A stretch of 64,000 nt of DNA from Polyangiales bacterium (GCA_038230375.1 JBBRNJ010000032.1:1-64000); one strand, 5' to 3'. Counted from the first letter of the stretch, positions 26,867 to 37,236 are shown. Notes: generated from the sequence alone by a model not told the origin. Translations and numbers: made by a program.

Positions 26867-29800
26867 ATGCGCCGATTCGAGTTCTCCGAGGGCACGTCGA
26901 ACAAGTTCTGGCAGGTAACGCAGGAGGGCACTGACCTGCACATCCAGTGGGGCCGCATAGGTACGGCTGGACAATCGCAGACGAAGGAGCACGGGTCGGA
27001 CAGCGCCGCGAAGGCCGAGCACGACAAGCTCATCGCCGAGAAGACGAAGAAGGGATACGCGGAGGTCTCCACCGATGGCGTGGCCGCGCCCCCTCCCGCA
27101 GCGAAGGCCGCCGCGCCTAAGCCCGCGACGGCGAAGGTCGTGAGCGCAGCGGCCGCGGCTGTGACGGTGCCCGCTGTGCCCGCTGCCAAGGCCGTCGCCA
27201 AGGCGAATGAGGAAGCCGCTCCCGCTCCTCGCGCCGCTGTCGTCATCGCGGAGGGTGATCGCATCGCGTGGCCCGCGGACCTCCAGGCCGAAGCGGACGA
27301 GGAGGAGAAGCGTGCCTTCGTCACTCTGCCGAAAGGCGGTCGGCCCGCGCTCGTCGCGATCATCAGGGGGAAGATCACGGACGAGGTGAAGAACTGGGAA
27401 CTCGGTCGTCCGAAGGCAGACAGCGAGGGCGCGCTCGCGATGGACCACGTGCTCGCTACCTACGCCGCCGGGAAGGAGCCCGCGGAGCTTTCCGCGATCG
27501 CGGAGGCCCGCGCGGCCACGCTGATCTACGAGGACGACGCGCTCGCCGCCCTGGGCGTGTACTGGGTCGCGCGCAACGGACTCACGTTCGCGCTCGATGC
27601 GCTCACCGCGATGTGGGGATATTACAGGAACTACGACTATGCCGGCTGGAAGGAGCCGCGCCCCACGTGGGTGTCGAAGGCGGACCCCGCGAATCACTGG
27701 GACAGCAGCGTGAACGGCGCGAAGATCGAGATGGTCCGCGTGGTCGCCACGCTCTTCGCCGAGGCCGACGACAGCGCTCGCGCGGCGGCGAAGGCACACG
27801 CCGAGAAGCTGCGCGCATCGAGTGAGATGACCGTGAAGGTCGGGCTCACGCGCGCGTTCCGCGATGTCGCATGGGCGGAGGAAGACGCACGCATCGTGCT
27901 CGCGCTCACCGGCACGAACGCGCGCGACGCGGAGGATCTCGTGTTCCTCCTGACCGATCGCGAGCTGCTCGCCACGTACGCGAAGCGCTTCCCCACCCGC
28001 AGCCCGCTGCGCATGGTTCGTCGCGCCGGGTTCGCGGCCGCGCCGGTCATCCACAAGATGTTGGATGATCAGTACGGACGCGACGACGCCGCGAAGGCGC
28101 TCTCCGTGCTCGAGAACGCGGAGTCCGCGAAGGCGCTCGCCACCGTGCTGGACAAGAAGACCACCGCGCCCATCGCGCGCGCGTTCTTCGATCGTCGCCC
28201 CGACCTTGGCATCGCCGCGCTCGCCGCCGTGGTCGCCGGGAAGGGCAATCTGGCCACGTACGCGGAGCCCGTGCTGAAGGGCATCTTGCGCGCGCATCCG
28301 GAGCTCGTGCAGAAGGTGCTTCCCACGCTGGACGCACGCGTGCGCGGCGTCGTGGAGAAGGAACTCGCCGCGAGCGCGCCGGTGCCGGATGCATCGCCCG
28401 CGGAGCTGCCTGCGTTCCTGGTGACTCCGCCGTGGACGCAGCCGCGACCGAAGACAAAGGGCCCGGTCTCCATCCCGCTGGACGTGCTGCCCACAGAGCT
28501 CACGATTCACTGGACCGAAGGACAGACGAAGGCGGCGCTCGCGCGCGGTGAGTCTGCGCTCGAGTCGTACCAGGGCTACGACAAGGCACCCAAGGGGCTC
28601 AGGGCGCGAACGAAAGAGGCAGACGCGTTCGCGGCGAAGATGATCAAGGAGGGCAAGACATGGGGCGTCACTGCGCTTCTCCATCTTGCGACCGACGGAT
28701 GTGCGGAGAAGTTGCTCGCCGGCAAGGAGGGCCTTGGTGATCCCGATCTGCCTTATTTGCTCGGTCGATTCGGCGCGAAAGCGCTTCCGTGCGTGAGCGC
28801 CTACGTCGAGCAGAACGACATGGACCCATCCAGCGCGCTGTCCGATGTGGAGGCGTCGGTGATGGCTCCGGCCTTCGCAGCTGCGTTCGCGAAGAAGAAA
28901 TGGCGGACGAACGCGGAGCGATGGCTGGTTCGCTTTCCTGCGGCTGCGGCGACTGGGCTCGTGCCCATGGCGCTCGGCGCGACGAAGAAGGAGCGAGAAC
29001 CGGGACGTGCTGCGCTGCGCGTGATCGCGGAGTCGCATCGCAAGGAAGTGGATGCCGCGGCGGCGCGCTATGGCAAGGCCGCCGCTGACGCCATCACCGC
29101 GCTGCTCGATGCGCCCTCGGACGAGATCCCGGAGAAGATCCCGGCGCTGCCGTCGTATGTGGATCCGTCGTCGTTGCCGCGCCCGAGGATCCTCGGTGGC
29201 AAGAAGGCGCTCCCCGAGAGCGGCCTTCGCGCGCTGCTGACGCTGCTCCAGCTCTCCACGCTGGAGGAGCCGATCTCGCTCCTCGAGCAGGTGACGACCG
29301 CGTTCGAGCCGAAGTCACTCGCGGAGCTTGCGTGGGAGCTGTTCCAGGCGTGGCTCACCGGCGGCGCGGTGTCGAAGGAGAACTGGGCGTTCACCGCGCT
29401 TGGCCTCATCGGTGACGACGAGTGCGCGCGCCGCATCACTCCGCTCATCCGCGCGTGGCCCGGTGAGTCGCAGCACGCACGCGCAGTGACCGGCCTGGAT
29501 GTCCTTGCGTCGATCGGCACGGACGTCGCGCTCATGCACCTGCACGGGATCGCGCAGAAGCTCAAATTCAAGGGCCTTCAGGAGAAAGCGCGCGAGAAGA
29601 TCCAGGTCATCGCGGACTCGCGCGGGCTCACGGCCGATGAGCTCGCCGATCGCCTCGTACCCGATCTGGGGCTGGACGACAGCGGCTCGCTTGCCCTGGA
29701 TTTCGGACCGCGTCAGTTCACCGTCACCTTCGACGAGTCCCTGAAGCCCATGGTGCGCGACGCCGCGGGAAAGGTGTCCTCCGACCTCCCGAAGCCCGGC

Positions 29801-30580
29801 AAGAGCGACGACGCAGAGAAGTCCGCCGCTGCCGTGGAGACGTGGAAGGCGCTCAAGAAGGACGCGAAGGCCATCGCCCAGGGCCAGCTCATTCGCCTGG
29901 AGATGGTCATGTGCGCGCAGCGCCGCTTCCCGCTGGAGTCGTTCCAGGGGTTCTTCGTGGACCACCCGCTCATGATCCACCTGGTGCGACGCGTGGTGTG
30001 GGGCGTGTACAAGAAGGACGGCGCGCTTGCCTCCACGTTCCGTGTGGCGGAGGATCGCTCGTTCTCCGACGCCAAGGATCGGGAGGTCACGCTGCCAGAG
30101 GATGCGATCATCGGGCTCTCGCATCGGCTCGAGATGGACGACGCATCCGTGGCCGCGTGGGGACAGGTCCTCACGGACTACGAGGTAATCCAGCCGTTCG
30201 ATCAGCTCGCGCGCGTGGTGTTCCGCATCACCGACGCAGAGGCCAAGGGCAACGTGCTCGACCGCATGAAGGACGTCGAGGTCAAGACGAGCAAGATCCA
30301 GGGGCTCGAGTCGCGCGGCTGGCGCAAGGGTCAGCCGCAGGACGCAGGCTGGGTGTGGGACGTGTGGAAGCCGTTGCCCGGCGGCATGGTCGCCGAGATG
30401 GGGATCCAGGGCGGCATCTGCATGGGCTACATGGAAGGCACGCCCACCGAGCAGAAGCTCGGCAGCGTGAGTCTGCGAAAGAAGGACGAATGGCAAGCGA
30501 GCAAGGACCTCACGTTCGCCGCGCTCAGCCCCGCCGTGTTCAGCGAGCTCGTGCGTGACATCGACGCCCTGAGAGAGTGA
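26867..30580 (+). CDS. WGR domain + DUF4132 protein (MolR-like)
   Basis: N-terminal GTSNKFW...WGRIG...KTKKGY; C-terminal ELADRLVPDLGL, HPLM, QPFDQL. Confidence 0.9.
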   Translation: MRRFEFSEGTSNKFWQVTQEGTDLHIQWGRIGTAGQSQTKEHGSDSAAKAEHDKLIAEKTKKGYAEVSTDGVAAPPPAAKAAAPKPATAKVVSAAAAAVTVPAVPAAKAVAKANEEAAPAPRAAVVIAEGDRIAWPADLQAEADEEEKRAFVTLPKGGRPALVAIIRGKITDEVKNWELGRPKADSEGALAMDHVLATYAAGKEPAELSAIAEARAATLIYEDDALAALGVYWVARNGLTFALDALTAMWGYYRNYDYAGWKEPRPTWVSKADPANHWDSSVNGAKIEMVRVVATLFAEADDSARAAAKAHAEKLRASSEMTVKVGLTRAFRDVAWAEEDARIVLALTGTNARDAEDLVFLLTDRELLATYAKRFPTRSPLRMVRRAGFAAAPVIHKMLDDQYGRDDAAKALSVLENAESAKALATVLDKKTTAPIARAFFDRRPDLGIAALAAVVAGKGNLATYAEPVLKGILRAHPELVQKVLPTLDARVRGVVEKELAASAPVPDASPAELPAFLVTPPWTQPRPKTKGPVSIPLDVLPTELTIHWTEGQTKAALARGESALESYQGYDKAPKGLRARTKEADAFAAKMIKEGKTWGVTALLHLATDGCAEKLLAGKEGLGDPDLPYLLGRFGAKALPCVSAYVEQNDMDPSSALSDVEASVMAPAFAAAFAKKKWRTNAERWLVRFPAAAATGLVPMALGATKKEREPGRAALRVIAESHRKEVDAAAARYGKAAADAITALLDAPSDEIPEKIPALPSYVDPSSLPRPRILGGKKALPESGLRALLTLLQLSTLEEPISLLEQVTTAFEPKSLAELAWELFQAWLTGGAVSKENWAFTALGLIGDDECARRITPLIRAWPGESQHARAVTGLDVLASIGTDVALMHLHGIAQKLKFKGLQEKAREKIQVIADSRGLTADELADRLVPDLGLDDSGSLALDFGPRQFTVTFDESLKPMVRDAAGKVSSDLPKPGKSDDAEKSAAAVETWKALKKDAKAIAQGQLIRLEMVMCAQRRFPLESFQGFFVDHPLMIHLVRRVVWGVYKKDGALASTFRVAEDRSFSDAKDREVTLPEDAIIGLSHRLEMDDASVAAWGQVLTDYEVIQPFDQLARVVFRITDAEAKGNVLDRMKDVEVKTSKIQGLESRGWRKGQPQDAGWVWDVWKPLPGGMVAEMGIQGGICMGYMEGTPTEQKLGSVSLRKKDEWQASKDLTFAALSPAVFSELVRDIDALRE

Positions 30581-30584
30581 GGTT

Positions 30585-31328
30585 CTAGGGTGAGGTGGCG
30601 AGGACGTCGTCGAACCAGACGGAGCCCGGCGAGCCGGTTCCGATGACACCAAGCCCCAGCCTGAGCGGCTCTGTGTTGGCCATCGGGACGGTGGTGCCTA
30701 CCTGCTGCGGCAACAGCATGACCGTGATGTTGCTGGCTATGGCCGAAGGCTGCACTGTGATCTTGACCCATCCCGTTGCGGCCGCCAGGTCAACGCCCTG
30801 GACCTTGATGCCGATGGCGCTTCGCACGAACGTCAGCTGCGTGGAGGTTGGCTGCACATACGCGATCTCAGTGCCCAAGGGGACCGATGAGTCCAGGTAC
30901 ACCCAGAATGAAAGCCTCCAATTGGCGTGGACCTTCGTCGCGGTGAAGAGCACGTAGCGAGTGGCGCTGGAAGTCACGTTCAGGGCCGTTGGGGGACTGA
31001 CGAACGGGTCGGACCCGAGCCCGTCATTTCCGACGCCCGCGCTGGTGTATGCGGTGTCGCTTGCTGTTGCGTTGAAGTCGTTGCAAAAGATGAGCAGCCC
31101 AGCATCCACATTTGCACACGAGAGGACCGACGCATCGTTCGGCGGCAGTACCAGGCCGCCTTCCACGCCGCCGTCCGTGGCGTTGCCGTTGGCGCCGCCG
31201 TCGCCGGACACCGCACCATCCTTCGTTGTGTCCACCTGGGCATCCGAGCCGCTGAAGCTCGCACATGCGCCGACCGCCGCGCCCGAGGTTGCCGTCGCGA
31301 TCGCGAGAAGAATGAGCAGGCGACGCAC
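30585..31328 (-). CDS. Lipoprotein with beta-sandwich (lectin-like) domain
   Basis: GTG start VRRLLILL, lipobox VGAC, FCNDF and C-terminal WFDDV. Confidence 0.7.
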   Translation of the reverse strand: MRRLLILLAIATATSGAAVGACASFSGSDAQVDTTKDGAVSGDGGANGNATDGGVEGGLVLPPNDASVLSCANVDAGLLIFCNDFNATASDTAYTSAGVGNDGLGSDPFVSPPTALNVTSSATRYVLFTATKVHANWRLSFWVYLDSSVPLGTEIAYVQPTSTQLTFVRSAIGIKVQGVDLAAATGWVKITVQPSAIASNITVMLLPQQVGTTVPMANTEPLRLGLGVIGTGSPGSVWFDDVLATSP

Positions 31329-31353
31329 AAGCGGGATCGTACCACCCACGCCA

Positions 31354-32496
31354 TCAACGCGCCCCCTGGCAGCGCGTGAGGTACTCCTTCGGAATGAAGG
31401 GGTCGAGCGGCTGCTTCGGGCCGTCCACGGGTGGCTTCTCCACGGTCCACGCCTGGTCGCCGCCCAGGTCCACGCGGAAGTCACCGTTCTCTGCGTACGC
31501 TCCCCAGAACGTCATCTCGCGCATGACCGCGACCACCCGATGCAGCTTGCGGTCGACCGTCACGAAGATGTCCGCGGCTGCGCAGAAGAGCCGGCTGCGA
31601 TTCGCCGCGTGTCTGCTGGTCCCCATGGTCCCGAAGCCCAGGCCACCGAGCGCGTCGCCCAGTGTTCCCTCGTGGATCCATCCGACGAGCGTCACGGTGG
31701 AGAAGTCACTCTGCGCGTCGATCGAGACGAGCGCCGTCGTCTTGTACATCCCGAGCACCCCGATATACATGCCCTCCGGCCTGATGATCTCCGCGACCGG
31801 CGGACCATCCGGCGTGAGTGACAGACCCACCACCTTGCCGGGCGCGGAGAGCGTGGCGTAGGAACCGTCGAATTTCGTGACCTGGCTCTCGGGCTCGTTC
31901 GGGGTCACGAAGCCGCACGGAATGCGGTAGTCGTCGTGCAGCGGCGCCTTCAATCGAAGGTTCGGTGGGAGCTGGACGTCTGGCGCGAAGAACGCGCCCT
32001 TCACGGATGTGGTGGTGGCAATGCGCGTTCGCTGGATCTGCAGCCACTCGGCGCGCACGATCGGGCCCACGGCGTTGAGCGAGAGCTCCGGTAGATTGAT
32101 CTCGGCGTTGAGGCGCGCGCTCTCGGTGCTGAACGCCACGCGCGCATGCAAGCGCCCCTCTTCGACGACCAGCCTGCCGTCCTGCGCGCTGCCGAAGGCC
32201 CTCATGTCCGCGAACGGGCGCGCCCTGAAATAAAGCAGGCCCCGATATGAAAAATTCTCGCGGATGTCGAATCCGCATGCGGCTGGGCGCTCGTCCAGGT
32301 TGGCCGGCTCCTCATACTCGCGTTCGAAGAGGACCTCGTGATCGCGGAGCGCGTTCACCATCTGCGTCGCCGGGTCCACCGCGGAAGTGCCCGGCACGGC
32401 GCTGGAATCCGCGGTCTTCGCGGGAGCAGGAGTGCGTCCCTGGTGACACGCGTTGAGGCTAGCGAACGTCGTGAGTAGGAGCAGCGCGCGTTTCAT
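31354..32496 (-). CDS. Hypothetical lipoprotein
   Basis: MKRALLLLTTFASLNAC lipobox; SD-like AGGAG upstream. Confidence 0.75.
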   Translation of the reverse strand: MKRALLLLTTFASLNACHQGRTPAPAKTADSSAVPGTSAVDPATQMVNALRDHEVLFEREYEEPANLDERPAACGFDIRENFSYRGLLYFRARPFADMRAFGSAQDGRLVVEEGRLHARVAFSTESARLNAEINLPELSLNAVGPIVRAEWLQIQRTRIATTTSVKGAFFAPDVQLPPNLRLKAPLHDDYRIPCGFVTPNEPESQVTKFDGSYATLSAPGKVVGLSLTPDGPPVAEIIRPEGMYIGVLGMYKTTALVSIDAQSDFSTVTLVGWIHEGTLGDALGGLGFGTMGTSRHAANRSRLFCAAADIFVTVDRKLHRVVAVMREMTFWGAYAENGDFRVDLGGDQAWTVEKPPVDGPKQPLDPFIPKEYLTRCQGAR

Positions 32497-32570
32497 CGCT
32501 CCTAGTGACTACGTATCGCGGCGAACGTTCCGGCCTCGCGGGCGCTTTTCCCCGGGCCCTGCCGATGGCG

Positions 32571-33779
32571 TCAGAGGGGCTTCGTGATCGGGGCCTTCCA
32601 CGCGTCCTCGAAGACGCGCGCGAGCGAGGCCGTGAACGCAGGTGACTCCACGACCAGGGCCACGTTGCGGCTCGACAGGAAGTAGTCGCCTTCCCAGTTG
32701 CTGGTCCCCACCCACGACGCGCGTGCGTCCACGACCAGCGTCTTCGCGTGGGCCACGCGCGCGAACGGGATCTCGCCGGTCGACGCCTCGGGGATGGTGA
32801 TCACGCGCACCTCCACGTTGGGGACCGCCGAGAGCGCTCGCAGCGCGGCGCGCCCGTCCTCGTTTCGGAGAGCCCAATGCGACACCAGGAGCCGCACGTG
32901 AACGCCGCGCCCAGCCGCACGCCTGAGGGCGTCGTCCAGGACGTTGAAGGGCGCGCCGGGCGTCTTTCCGTGGAGCAGCTTGGTCCCGTACGTGAGCGTC
33001 TGGACGCTGACCTCCGTCTTCGCGCCGTCGAGCAGCGTGACCAGGCGCGGCAGGTCCGATGCGGCCTCGTCGGGCAAGAGCCCCGGAGGGCTTGCAACGA
33101 GCGAGATGGTCCCGCCCTCCGCGAGCGGAACGTTGGTCGCGCTCTTCTTGTGCAGATACATGTCGGACGGCGCGCCGCCCGGCCCTGCAAGTGCGAAGTC
33201 GAGGTCGAAGATGTCGGTGAGGGCCGCCGCGATCTCCGTGCCCTCCACGCGCGCTCCGATCTCCTGCACGTGGGCGAGCGAGCGCCAGTCGAAATTCTGA
33301 CTGCCAACGAAGGACTCGCGCCCGTCGATGACGAAGTACTTGGCATGCAAGATACCCTTCGTCCACGCGTCCAGATCCAGGATGCACACCGTCACCTTGC
33401 ACGCGCTCAGCTGCTCCAGTGTCTTCGCGTACTGCTTCGCGAGCTTCGCGTCCGCGAGGAAGCGCACGCGGACCCCACGGTCGGCAGCGTCGCACACGGC
33501 GCGGATGACCGGCGTGAGGCGGCTCTCACCCAGGTGCTGATCATCCGCCTCGCTCGCGTAGAACTCCGCGATGTCCAGCGACGTGCGCGCGCGCGCGATC
33601 ATCTCCGGCCACACGTCCTTCGCGTCGCGAATGTCCGCGTGGTCCAGGCCGGTCTCGAGCGGAGCCGTCTCCACGAGCTCGACCCGCGTCGGAACAGGAC
33701 CCTTGGGCGCTTGTGCCTCCGGGCATGCAGAGAGCCCAAGGCCGCACAGGAGAGGCAGCAAGAGTGAGCGTATGCGCAC
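32571..33779 (-). CDS. Phospholipase D family lipoprotein
   Basis: Two HxKxxxxD motifs (HAKYFVID, HAKTLVVD) with GSQN/GTSN; lipobox LSAC. Confidence 0.9.
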   Translation of the reverse strand: MRIRSLLLPLLCGLGLSACPEAQAPKGPVPTRVELVETAPLETGLDHADIRDAKDVWPEMIARARTSLDIAEFYASEADDQHLGESRLTPVIRAVCDAADRGVRVRFLADAKLAKQYAKTLEQLSACKVTVCILDLDAWTKGILHAKYFVIDGRESFVGSQNFDWRSLAHVQEIGARVEGTEIAAALTDIFDLDFALAGPGGAPSDMYLHKKSATNVPLAEGGTISLVASPPGLLPDEAASDLPRLVTLLDGAKTEVSVQTLTYGTKLLHGKTPGAPFNVLDDALRRAAGRGVHVRLLVSHWALRNEDGRAALRALSAVPNVEVRVITIPEASTGEIPFARVAHAKTLVVDARASWVGTSNWEGDYFLSSRNVALVVESPAFTASLARVFEDAWKAPITKPL

Positions 33780-33802
33780 GCCGTGATGCTACACCCAAGG
33801 AC

Positions 33803-36205
33803 ATGCATCGATGTGGGGTCCTTCCGTTCGCTGCGTTCGTGGCCATGGCCCTCGCGTCCGCCTTCGGGTGCGGCCCCGACAAGCCCGCGGCTGGTGTCGC
33901 GACCGCGCCGCGGCCCGGCCCTTCGTCGATGCCGGTGGCAGCAGACAGCGCGCCGGTATTGGATGCGCCTGTCGCGAGCGGGAGCGGTATCGAGCCGGCC
34001 ACCACAGCGCCCCTCGCTGCGCAGGCGAAGGTCATGGCGACGCAGATCTCGCTGGGGACGGTCAGCTGCGTCACCACCACGGTCGGCGAGGTGTGGTGCT
34101 GGGGCGACGGCGACGCCGGCGGATTCGGCGGGCAGACACGTGAGCGCGCACGCGTCGCGCCGAAGCCCGTTCCGGGTCTGACCGGCGTTGCGTACGTGGA
34201 CTCGCGCAGCTCGAGCCCGTGTGCGCTGAAGAAGGATGGCACCGTGTGGTGCTGGGGCATGACGCTGGGACAGACACACGAAGGCGCGCGCGACCCTGAA
34301 TCGTGGGGACACGGCGTCGAGCAGGTGCCCGGGTTGGAGAACATCGTGCAGATCTCGAGCGAGGGCTCGCGGCTCCTCGCGCGCCGCGCAGACGGCGCGG
34401 TGCTCCTGTGGGGCAAGCCGTTTCAGGAGCTCGGTCCCGTGACCAAGCGCGGGCAGAAGAAGCCCGGCATCGGGCCGAAGGCGATCGCGCGCGTCACGCG
34501 TCCGATCGAGGTGGCAAGCCTGCGCGGTGCGGTCGACATCACGGAGGGCGGCGGAGCCATGCCGGCAGGCTGTGCGCGCATGAAGGACGGCGCCGTGAAG
34601 TGCTGGTCGAAGGACAAATACCTTGGCGAGGGATGGGGCACGGAGCATCTCGTCGAGACCCCCACCGTGATGCCGGAGCTTGCGGGCGCGAAGGAGATCG
34701 TCGTCGGCGAGAACAGCGCGTGTGCGCGGATGGCCGACGGGAGCGTGCGTTGCTGGGGCAGGAACAGCGACGGTCAGCTCGGCGACGGCACCACCGCGGA
34801 TCGCTGGAAACCAGCTCCCGTGAAGGGGCTCACTGCCGCAGTGGCGCTCTCGATCGGGAGCGGCTTCGTGTGCGCCACGCTCGCGGACAAGACCGCGCGT
34901 TGCTGGGGCAAGCCGCTCGACATCTCGCTCTTCGCTGACGGCTCGCCGCCGCGCGTGCAGGCCTTGCCACGCAAGCTGGGAGTGACGGCGATCAAGGAGC
35001 TCCAGATCCATGTGTGGAGCGCGTGCGCGCGCGTGGAGCGCTCGAGCGATCCCGATCCGAACGGGAGCCTCCTCTGCTGGGGTAAGAATCACTTCGCGGA
35101 GCTCGGAGATGGGAGCCGCACGGATCGCGACATGCCGGTTCTCGTCGCGCTGCCGGGCGCGAATGGCGTCGCGCCAGCCGTCACGCCTGCGGTCGCCGCG
35201 CCTCTTGCACCGACCACCGCGCCGGTCTCCATCTCTGCCGGCGGCAATGCCACGTGCGCCGCATTTGCGGACGGGACCGTGCGCTGCTGGGGCTCGAGCG
35301 AGTTCTCGCAGCAAGGCGACGGCACCTCGGCTGATCATCCATGCCCTGCGCTCGCGGACGTCACGAGCGCCACGCAGGTCGCGGTGGGCGTGGTGCACGC
35401 GTGCGCGCGGCTGTCGGACGGTCATGTGAAATGCTGGGGCACCAACTATGGCGGGCAGCTCGGCAACGGCGCTCATGGCGGCCCCACGCCCATTCCCGCG
35501 GACGCGCGGCTCGACCACGTCACGAAGATCGCTGCCGGCACGTGGACGTGCGCGCTCCTCGAGAGCAAGAAGGTGTCTTGCTTCGGCGACTGGGATGACG
35601 GCGAGCGTTCCGGTTCCTTTCTTCCGCGCGACGTCGGGGTGGCCGGTGCCACGGACGTCACCGCGGGCGGTCAGCACGGGTGCGCGCTCCTCGCGAATGG
35701 AAGCGTGAAGTGCTTCGGAACACGCTGGGCATCGGGCCTGAGCACCGCGCCGCTCGCGTTCCGTGACGTCACGGCGATCGCAAGCTCCGACGGCTCGTGC
35801 GCCGTGAAGAAGGACGGAACCCTCACGTGCTGGGGCACGCCCAACGTGCCGCAGATCCCATCGCGATCGGACGTGCACTCGCCAGCGATCGCGCCGCTCT
35901 GGGCGGACATCGCGCAGCTCTCCATGGGCAACGATCTGGCGTGCGGCATCCGCACGGATGGAACCGTCATCTGTCAGCCAGAGAAGAAGCTTCCCGCTGT
36001 GGTGCCAGGCGTCTCGCAGGTCGTCGAGATCGCCGCGGGTCGCGCGCATGCCTGCGCCCGCACGCGCGACGGAAAGATCCTCTGCTGGGGCGAGAACGAC
36101 CACGGGCAGCTCGGAGACGGCACCACCACCGCCCGTCCCACCCCCTCCGAGGTCACCTGGTGCACTGGAAAAAGGCCTGGCGGCAGCAATCCCGTCGCTC
36201 CCTGA
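33803..36205 (+). CDS. RCC1/BLIP-II repeat lipoprotein
   Basis: Many CA...DGxVxCWG repeats and GQLGDGT; lipobox AFGC. Confidence 0.9.
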   Translation: MHRCGVLPFAAFVAMALASAFGCGPDKPAAGVATAPRPGPSSMPVAADSAPVLDAPVASGSGIEPATTAPLAAQAKVMATQISLGTVSCVTTTVGEVWCWGDGDAGGFGGQTRERARVAPKPVPGLTGVAYVDSRSSSPCALKKDGTVWCWGMTLGQTHEGARDPESWGHGVEQVPGLENIVQISSEGSRLLARRADGAVLLWGKPFQELGPVTKRGQKKPGIGPKAIARVTRPIEVASLRGAVDITEGGGAMPAGCARMKDGAVKCWSKDKYLGEGWGTEHLVETPTVMPELAGAKEIVVGENSACARMADGSVRCWGRNSDGQLGDGTTADRWKPAPVKGLTAAVALSIGSGFVCATLADKTARCWGKPLDISLFADGSPPRVQALPRKLGVTAIKELQIHVWSACARVERSSDPDPNGSLLCWGKNHFAELGDGSRTDRDMPVLVALPGANGVAPAVTPAVAAPLAPTTAPVSISAGGNATCAAFADGTVRCWGSSEFSQQGDGTSADHPCPALADVTSATQVAVGVVHACARLSDGHVKCWGTNYGGQLGNGAHGGPTPIPADARLDHVTKIAAGTWTCALLESKKVSCFGDWDDGERSGSFLPRDVGVAGATDVTAGGQHGCALLANGSVKCFGTRWASGLSTAPLAFRDVTAIASSDGSCAVKKDGTLTCWGTPNVPQIPSRSDVHSPAIAPLWADIAQLSMGNDLACGIRTDGTVICQPEKKLPAVVPGVSQVVEIAAGRAHACARTRDGKILCWGENDHGQLGDGTTTARPTPSEVTWCTGKRPGGSNPVAP

Positions 36206-36270
36206 AGTTTTTTGCGCAACCTTCGCGTGCGCCGGCCGATGGGGAGGCTGAACCCCCGAAGGAGCAAACC

Positions 36271-36795
36271 ATGGACACCCGAATCCCCGACAAGACCGCC
36301 GATATTCGTGAGGTGCGCAGCACCCCGCGCGTGACGCCTGGGCCTGCGCAGACCCACTTCAAGGAGGTCCTCGCGTCCACCGCCGTGCAGGGCGCCGAGC
36401 AGGCAATGACCATGCTGCCGGGCGGTCCGGTGATGGCGCTCGCGCTCCGTGGTGCGCCGTCTCTGCCCATGCAGATGAACACGATGTCGGGCGGCTCGCC
36501 GTTCGGCAGCGTCGGCGGCATGGGGGGCATGGGTGGTCGAACCTCGCAGGCCGCGACCGCGGAGGGACCGAGCGCGGGTACGTCTTCCGGTGGCGCCGTG
36601 GACCCGACCACGGGTCTCCCCACGTCCGATCAGGCCGGCATCCAGGGCTCGCTCCAGCAGAGCCAGGAGATGAACCTCTACTACCTCCAGATCCAGGAGG
36701 CGGTGAACGCGCAGAACCGCTCGTTCACGGCGCTGTCGAACGTCATCAAGGCGGAGCACGACACGGTGAAGACGGCCATCGGCAACATTCACTGA
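36271..36795 (+). CDS. Hypothetical protein with T3SS needle (SctF)-like C-terminal helix
   Basis: SD AAGGAG before ATG 36271; C-terminus QEAVNAQNRSFTALSNVIKAEHDTVKTAIGNIH. Confidence 0.7.
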   Translation: MDTRIPDKTADIREVRSTPRVTPGPAQTHFKEVLASTAVQGAEQAMTMLPGGPVMALALRGAPSLPMQMNTMSGGSPFGSVGGMGGMGGRTSQAATAEGPSAGTSSGGAVDPTTGLPTSDQAGIQGSLQQSQEMNLYYLQIQEAVNAQNRSFTALSNVIKAEHDTVKTAIGNIH

Positions 36796-36816
36796 TATAG
36801 TGAGGAAGGCAACGCG

Positions 36817-37236
36817 ATGGGAATCGATGGCATCGGTAACGGCGGACGCATCCCGCCTGGTGGTCCTGGCGGCGTGGGCGGCGCTCCCGGCGCATCCGGC
36901 GCGTCGGGTCCTTCAGCCACGAAGGAGACGGGTCGCGCGTTCGACGTGCATGGTGCCGACCGCGCGGACCAGGCGAAGGCCGCCGAGACGCAGCAGGCGC
37001 GAGAGGTCGAGCGCTCGCCGCTCGAGCGATTGCGTGCTGGCGAGATCGACGTGAACGGCTATGTCGATCTCAAGGTCGACGTGGCCACGAAGAACCTCTC
37101 TGGACTCTCTCGCGTCGAGCTCGACCAGATCCGCGCCACGTTGAAGCACCAGATGGCGAACGATCCGGCCGTCGTCGACCTGGTGAAGCAGGCGACCGGA
37201 GCCGTTCCCTCAGGCGCAAAGCCCGAAGGCGAGTGA
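36817..37236 (+). CDS. Hypothetical protein, Gly-rich N-terminus and helical C-terminal domain
   Basis: MGIDGIG start, disordered linker, helical C-terminus ending NDPAVVDLV; GC-rich third codon positions. Confidence 0.75.
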   Translation: MGIDGIGNGGRIPPGGPGGVGGAPGASGASGPSATKETGRAFDVHGADRADQAKAAETQQAREVERSPLERLRAGEIDVNGYVDLKVDVATKNLSGLSRVELDQIRATLKHQMANDPAVVDLVKQATGAVPSGAKPEGE

